In this document: positions 62,221 to 64,000 of the stretch, piece by piece
Layout of the letters: the number at the start of each line of letters is the position of its first letter
Numbering within the stretch: position 1 is the stretch's first letter
Source: Candidatus Kapaibacterium sp.
Lineage (GTDB): Bacteria > Bacteroidota > Ignavibacteria > Kapaibacteriales > UBA2268
Assembly: GCA_963665665.1 (NCBI GenBank)
Contig: OY762428.1
Span: forward strand, 4,864,001-4,928,000
Reading direction: 5' to 3'
Length of the DNA stretch: 64,000 nt
Position numbers and translations under genes: made by a program
The notes under the pieces: generated by a model
The model's database searches: none
What the model was told of the DNA's origin: nothing
Seen by the model: only the letters and a program-made list of their open reading frames with translations

Positions 62221-62553
62221 TATTATTAATTTTCAAAAAAATTTGTTTAATAATTGTAATTCAGTGTTATTGAAATCACGTATACCCTCACCAATAAACT
62301 TTAGAAGCGGATAATGCAGCATTCTGTAGGGTATCTACACTGCGGCTTCTACTCTGCTTGTAACAGAACTTTCAAATTTCATTTCAATTCGCTCATGAAT
62401 TTTGTGTCTCATAAATAAAACATACGATAATGGTTTAAACCTGATATACAGTTAATTTCAGGTAATAATGCAGGAAAATAATCTCTGCCTTTTTTGATTT
62501 GTACCCATTTTACTATTTTTGAAAATGATTAATTGATAATTGTAGAGAATAGA

Positions 62554-63135
62554 ATGAAAAAAGTTGCTGTTTATTGCGCATCCAGTCAGAAAATTGATAA
62601 TCTTTATCTTGAAGAAGCAGCCAGGCTGGGAAAACTGCTTAGTGAAAAGGATTTTGGTATTGTATATGGCGGAGGTAAGGTCGGGCTTATGGGAACAGTT
62701 GCCGATGCTGCAATGAAGGCTGGCGGGCATGTTAGCGGGGTTATTCCGGAATTTATGATAAACCTTGAATTAGCCCATAAATCAATAAGCGAGTTAAACA
62801 TTGTTGAGGATATGCATACCAGGCAAAAAATGATGCTTGAAAAATCTGATTATATTATCGCCTTGCCGGGTGGAAGCGGCACATTCATGGAATTTTTCGA
62901 AGCTGTATCCTGGAAGCGGCTCGGATTGATAGTATCTCCGATAATTCTACTTAATATCAACGGCTATTATGACAATATGATAGCAATGCTGAACAGAGCT
63001 GTTGATGATAAATTTATGGCCGGAGATTACAGCAGACTTTGGAATGTATTTTCATCGGTCAGCGAGGCAGTTGATTTCTTAACAGAATGCCGGGATAATG
63101 CTGGTTGTAAGAAAATCTCGATCTCCGGTTTATAA
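62554..63135 (+). CDS. LOG family (TIGR00730) nucleotide phosphoribohydrolase
   Basis: VYGGGKVGLMG, MHTRQ, ALPGGSGTFME, LNINGYYD. Confidence 0.9.
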   Translation: MKKVAVYCASSQKIDNLYLEEAARLGKLLSEKDFGIVYGGGKVGLMGTVADAAMKAGGHVSGVIPEFMINLELAHKSISELNIVEDMHTRQKMMLEKSDYIIALPGGSGTFMEFFEAVSWKRLGLIVSPIILLNINGYYDNMIAMLNRAVDDKFMAGDYSRLWNVFSSVSEAVDFLTECRDNAGCKKISISGL

Positions 63136-63167
63136 CTGTTTTTAAGATTAATATTATTCTCCACTGC

Positions 63168-63194
63168 TAAACTTTTTCTATATATTGCCGAATA
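63168..63194 (+). promoter_or_regulatory. Sigma28 (FliA)-type promoter
   Basis: TAAA-N15-GCCGAATA. Confidence 0.65.
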
Positions 63195-63202
63195 TTGGCA
63201 AT

Positions 63203-64000
63203 ATGGTTATCGCATCCTCAAATATTGGGTTTGAGGCTACTCATTATAGTGCCTCCCGTGTTACAGAGTCTCTGTCCTTCAGGATAGTGAACGATAGTAA
63301 TAGTGATAACCGTGATATTCTGGATATAAAATCCGCCGGATCTTCCCAAATGATTCCCAAAACCGATGATAACGACAATATGCTTTCAGCAGAAATGAGA
63401 GCGATAAAAATGTTGTTCAGAGAAATTTTCGGCGATAAATTTGATATTCATCTGTCTGATTATTCCAAAGCCGAGTCATCTGTCAATTCAATGAATGAAG
63501 AGATCAGAGAAAGAACAGGCGCTGATAACTTCGAGTTATCCAGGGCTGTCAGCGTTTATGAATCAGAAAAGATCAGCCTGAATGCCTCAGGAATAATTAA
63601 AACATCCGACGGTCAGGAAATTGATTTTAAAATTTCCTTCAGTCTCGGCAGGGAATTTTATATGGAAAATGTTCAGCAGATAAGGTCGGCAAGGAAGTCA
63701 GATCCTCTTGTATTAAATCTTGATACTACTGCGGCAGATCTTAGTAGCCAAAAAGTTGCATTTGACATAAACTCGGACGGAACTGATGAAAATATCAGTA
63801 TTCCTTCCAGTGGCAGCGCATTTTTATTTATCGACAAGGATGACGATGGCAGAGCCACGGACGGCTCGGAATTATTCGGCCCGTCGTCAGGCAGCGGATT
63901 CAACGAACTTCGCCTGCATGACATTGACGGCAACAACTGGATTGATGAAAACGATGAAGTATTTAACAGGCTCAAACTTTGGAACGCAGCAACAGGAAGC
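63203..64000 (+). CDS. Hypothetical protein with DxDxDG Ca-binding-type motifs (runs off window end)
   Basis: Manual translation MVIASSNI...GIIKTSDGQEIDF...DPLVLNL...FDINSDG...DKDDDG..DGSELFGP..D.DGNNWIDEND..FNRLKLW. Confidence 0.85.
   Translation, partial: MVIASSNIGFEATHYSASRVTESLSFRIVNDSNSDNRDILDIKSAGSSQMIPKTDDNDNMLSAEMRAIKMLFREIFGDKFDIHLSDYSKAESSVNSMNEEIRERTGADNFELSRAVSVYESEKISLNASGIIKTSDGQEIDFKISFSLGREFYMENVQQIRSARKSDPLVLNLDTTAADLSSQKVAFDINSDGTDENISIPSSGSAFLFIDKDDDGRATDGSELFGPSSGSGFNELRLHDIDGNNWIDENDEVFNRLKLWNAATGS

Overview
Bacterial chromosomal window, roughly 35-40% GC by eye. It most likely comes from an Ignavibacteria/Ca. Kapabacteria-like member of the Bacteroidota-Chlorobiota group. 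This is inferred from several T9SS C-terminal sorting domains, TAnnTTTG-type promoters and an atp operon lacking atpD/atpC. Housekeeping genes include atpZ/I-B-E-F-H-A-(rfaD)-G, nuoD, speA, trmH, argR, amrS and an aminotransferase. The window also holds two ECF sigma/anti-sigma cassettes, many secreted or outer-membrane proteins, an MNT-HEPN pair, a Septu-like ATPase+HNH pair, a half-length clpB and REP-like palindromes. No rRNA, tRNA, CRISPR array, transposase or reverse transcriptase was recognised. The most unusual signal is a family of non-coding 21-bp-periodic elements. Two inverted copies (8664-9130 and 39564-40155) share a gap-free 232-bp leader, a G-rich 21-mer array and a terminal TTATTGCACAAAA. 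A third, degenerate 21-mer array (59887-60075) lies upstream of an orphan helical+Fn3-like gene with a steep AT-to-GC gradient. Also notable: a putative anti-sigma factor fused to a T9SS sorting domain, a complete sigma54 enhancer/promoter module and a near-consensus sigma28 promoter. All annotations come from motif recognition by eye; no database searches were run.
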